Origin: Octopus bimaculoides
Taxonomy: Eukaryota
Length of the DNA stretch: 33,653 nt
Direction: 5' to 3'
Assembly (NCBI RefSeq): GCF_001194135.2
Contig: NC_069002.1
Span: 22,844,148 to 22,877,800, forward strand
The first letter of the stretch is position 1. Each line of letters begins with the position of its first letter. The notes beneath the pieces were generated by a model. The model was not told the origin of the DNA. It ran no database searches and worked only from the letters and a program-made list of their open reading frames with translations. Positions 31,204 to 33,653 of the stretch are shown here, one piece after another. Both the position numbers and the translations under genes were made by a program.

Positions 31204-31976
31204 AGATGGGGTGTGCAAGAGAGACAACTGCGCTGGTATGGTCTTGGGTTGTGTATGGATGAGGACAGCTGTGTGAAAAAGTGTCACATTCTAGCAGTAG
31301 AGGGAACCTGTGGAAGAGGTAGACCAGGAAGACCTGGGATGAGGTGGTGAAGCACGATCTTCAAACGTTGGGCCTCACTGAGGCGATGACAAGTGACCGA
31401 GACCTATGGAGGTATGCTGTGATTGAGAAGACCTGGCAAGCCAAGTGAGACCATAACCTGTGGCCTCTGCCAGTGCAGCATAACCGGCCCATTTAAGAGT
31501 ATCCTTCAATCATTGGGCAATAAACTGTGCTTGTGAGGACATGTTGAGGCAAGTCGTGGCTGATGACTGTACCACCTGATTGGCACCTGTGCCAGTGGCA
31601 TGTAAAAAGCACCATTTGAATGTGGCTGATGTCAGTGCCACCTGACTGGCTCTGTGCCGGTGGCACAGGAAAAGCACTATTCGAATATGGTTGTTACCAG
31701 TGCTACCTGACTGGCTCCCATGCTAGTGGCACATAAAAAGCACCATTCAAGTATGGTCGATGCCAGTGCTGGCTGACTGGCTCTTGTGCTGATGGCATAT
31801 GAAAATCACTCACGACACTCTTGGAGTGGTTGGTGTTAGGAAGGGCATCCAGCTGTAGAAACTTTGCCAGATCAGATTGGAGCCTGGTGCAGCCTTCAGG
31901 CTTGCCAGCCCTCACTCAAACTGTCCAACCCATGCCAGCATGGAAAGTGGACGTTAAACGATGATGATGATGATGA
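31204..31976 (+). mobile_element. 3' end of RTE-clade LINE with complete 3' UTR and (GAT)n tail
   Basis: Encodes RQLRWYG..MDEDSCVKKCHILAVEGTCGRGRP/KTWDEVVKHDLQTLGLTEAMTSDRDLWRYAVIEKTWQAK* (TGA at about 31446-31448), homologous to 735-977. The UTR ends ggacgttaaacgatgatgatg. Confidence 0.92.
31605..31810 (+). repeat. approx. 66-bp tandem units in the RTE 3' UTR
   Basis: aaaagcacc/tatt..ccagtgc..ctgactggctc..gtggcaca occurs three times. Confidence 0.8.
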
Positions 31977-32134
31977 CAGTGAGTTAAAACTTTCTTATCT
32001 CTGGGTTTGATAAAATAATTACACTCCTATGCCAGCTCTCCTACACTAATTCTGTGACCCCGCTACCCAAAATTTAGAAATATGTTATTATTATGATTTT
32101 ATTCTTATAATTTGATACATGCAGCAAAGATCTT

Positions 32135-32345
32135 GAAATGGAGATAACCAATCATTAGCATGCCAAACAAAATGCTTCACAGCATTTATTCTAGTTCTTT
32201 GTTTTGAGTTGAAATCGCCCTGAGGTCAACTTTGCTTCTCATCCTTTCAGAGTTGATAAAATAAAGTACCTGTCATGTGCTGGGGTCACTGTAATTGACT
32301 AGCTCCCCACACAAATTTCAGACCTTGTACCTTTATTAGAAACAC
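32135..32345 (+). mobile_element. (ATT)n-family tRNA-like SINE, decayed
   Basis: aaaatgcttcacagcattt..gaggtcaactttgcttctcatcctttcagagttgataaaataaagtacc..ctggggtc. Confidence 0.75.
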
Positions 32346-33029
32346 TAGTTGGCCCATGCCATAAAAAAGGTACAAAAAGGTGAAAAATAAATCAAACAAT
32401 GCTTCAACTTTGTGTGTGCGTGCGTGTGTGTGTGTGTGTGTATGCATACATTTATATGTATGAGTAGCACAATCTGTAACGAATGTGGTTTTCTATACTT
32501 TGTTACAACCCACCTCCTTTATTTTAAGTGTGTTTGTTTATATATGTGAAATTGCATGTGTGTCTGTAATTCTATTTTCTATGTCACTTTCTAAATAAAC
32601 ATACACAAACACATATACACTCACTCAAATACATAAACATATTTTATACAAACACACACATGCACGCACACACACACAGACATTCACATTTCACTCTTTT
32701 ACTTGCACACACACATACTCACACGGTGTTGAAGCACTTGATTTTTGTTTCACCATCCCACTTCCATCAGTTGATTACCCCTTCCTTTCTCATTCATATG
32801 TTGTGCCAGAGAAATACACAAGAGTATTATTATAGCAGAAGATACACGGCACTCTCTTTGCCACTTCCTCTCTCTCATTGCTATTACTTTTTCTCACTCC
32901 CTTTCAAACATGGCTATTACTCTCACTACTTCTCCTTCACTGAACTACTATTTTCTCTCTTTTCTTTTCACCCCTACTGTGTGATTTTGGACAAATATAT
33001 AAAAACACTACGCTCAAAATCCATTAGAT

Positions 33030-33079
33030 TATTGTTGTTGTTGTTGTAGTTGTAGTTGTTGTTGTAGTTGTTGTTGTAG

Positions 33080-33135
<56 letters not shown>

Positions 33136-33203
33136 CTTCTTCTTCTTCTTCTTCTTCTTCTTCTTCTTCTTCTTCTTCTTCTTCTTCTTCTTCTTCTTCT
33201 TCT
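33030..33203. repeat. compound (GTT)n/(GTA)/(CTT)n microsatellite
   Basis: Direct reading; it produces the spurious poly-E/poly-Q ORF. Confidence 0.97.
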
Positions 33204-33204
33204 C

Positions 33205-33379
33205 TAAGGTGGTGAGCTGGCAGAATTGTTAGCATGCTGGGCAAAATGCTTAGTGGTTATTTCATCCATCCTTATGTTCTGAGTTCAAATTCTGCTGAGG
33301 TTCATTTAGCACCCCCCCCAAAAAAAAAATTTCAGGCCCTGTGCCTATAGTAGAAAGGATTATTGTTATTATTATTATT
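33205..33379 (+). mobile_element. (ATT)n-family tRNA-like SINE with internal deletion
   Basis: aaggtggtgagctggcagaattgttagcatgctgggcaaaatgcttag..gttctgagttcaaattctgctgagg..ccctgtgcctatagtagaaaggattatt. Confidence 0.82.
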
Positions 33380-33653
33380 CAGTAGTTTTATTTTTATAAC
33401 GTGCTTTCACTTCACTACCGAGCGCAGCTCTGTGCGCCTTGGGTATGTACTGTGGTTTGCTGTGGTGCTCTTATGTTTACTGTATTGAAAGTGTTTTGCG
33501 TAGAATGTGTGCAGTACCCAGTAGTGCAATTTTCTGTATGTTATATATATTTGTAAGTCCTGCTATTTTTGTTATGTATTTGTCTGAATATTTTTTTATT
33601 ATACCTAAGGCACCTACTATGATAGGAATTGTTTCTGTTTTTAGATTCCACAT
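33380..33653 (-). mobile_element. 3' end of an R4/Dong-like (RLE) non-LTR retrotransposon, running off the window
   Basis: Open frame 33653-33477 reads MWNLKTETIPIIVGALGIIKKYSDKYITKIAGLTNIYNIQKIALLGTAHILRKTLSIQ*. The PI++GALG..QK..LLGTA.ILR pattern is the C-terminus after the restriction-like endonuclease domain. A 3' UTR of about 97 nt ends in (AAT)n. Confidence 0.8.

Noticed and set aside
33029-33244. Poly-E/poly-Q ORF
   Set aside because: Translation of (CTT)n/(GTT)n with a start codon supplied by a SINE.

Overview
Eukaryotic, AT-rich, microsatellite-saturated draft-assembly DNA with five N-gaps. The repeat landscape (tRNA-derived SINEs with (ATT)n or (ATG)n tails, RTE and R4/Dong LINE remnants, Helitron, mariners) points to an octopus genome; this is an inference and was not checked by search. 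No intact host gene is recognisable. There is one candidate orphan terminal exon (17672-17868, minus). Supported TE content: a 5'-truncated RTE-clade LINE (160-2285) plus a second 3' end (31204-31976); a full-length but dead mariner (2291-3558); a LINE 3' end with three C2H2 fingers; an internally deleted Helitron with both termini (5599-8463); two copies of one deleted mariner; R4/Dong fragments; piggyBac-like MITEs; and many SINEs. The most interesting signal is a palindromic element present twice (28046-28607 and 20095-20392). It joins a tRNA-like Pol III head, an (AAT)n spacer and a tail carrying a minimal type I hammerhead ribozyme (GACAC-CTGATGA-stem II-GAAA-CGTT-GTGTT). Both copies have 9-bp target duplications and the same 34-nt terminal asymmetry, which suggests a SINE/Penelope-like hybrid. 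Three other unrelated fold-back families (5255-5568, 10534-10757, 12983-14330) share the long-arm/short-arm layout. One of them is a 152-bp tandem unit with a weaker hammerhead-like core. All alignments and folds were done by eye, so TE boundaries are approximate unless termini or TSDs are quoted.
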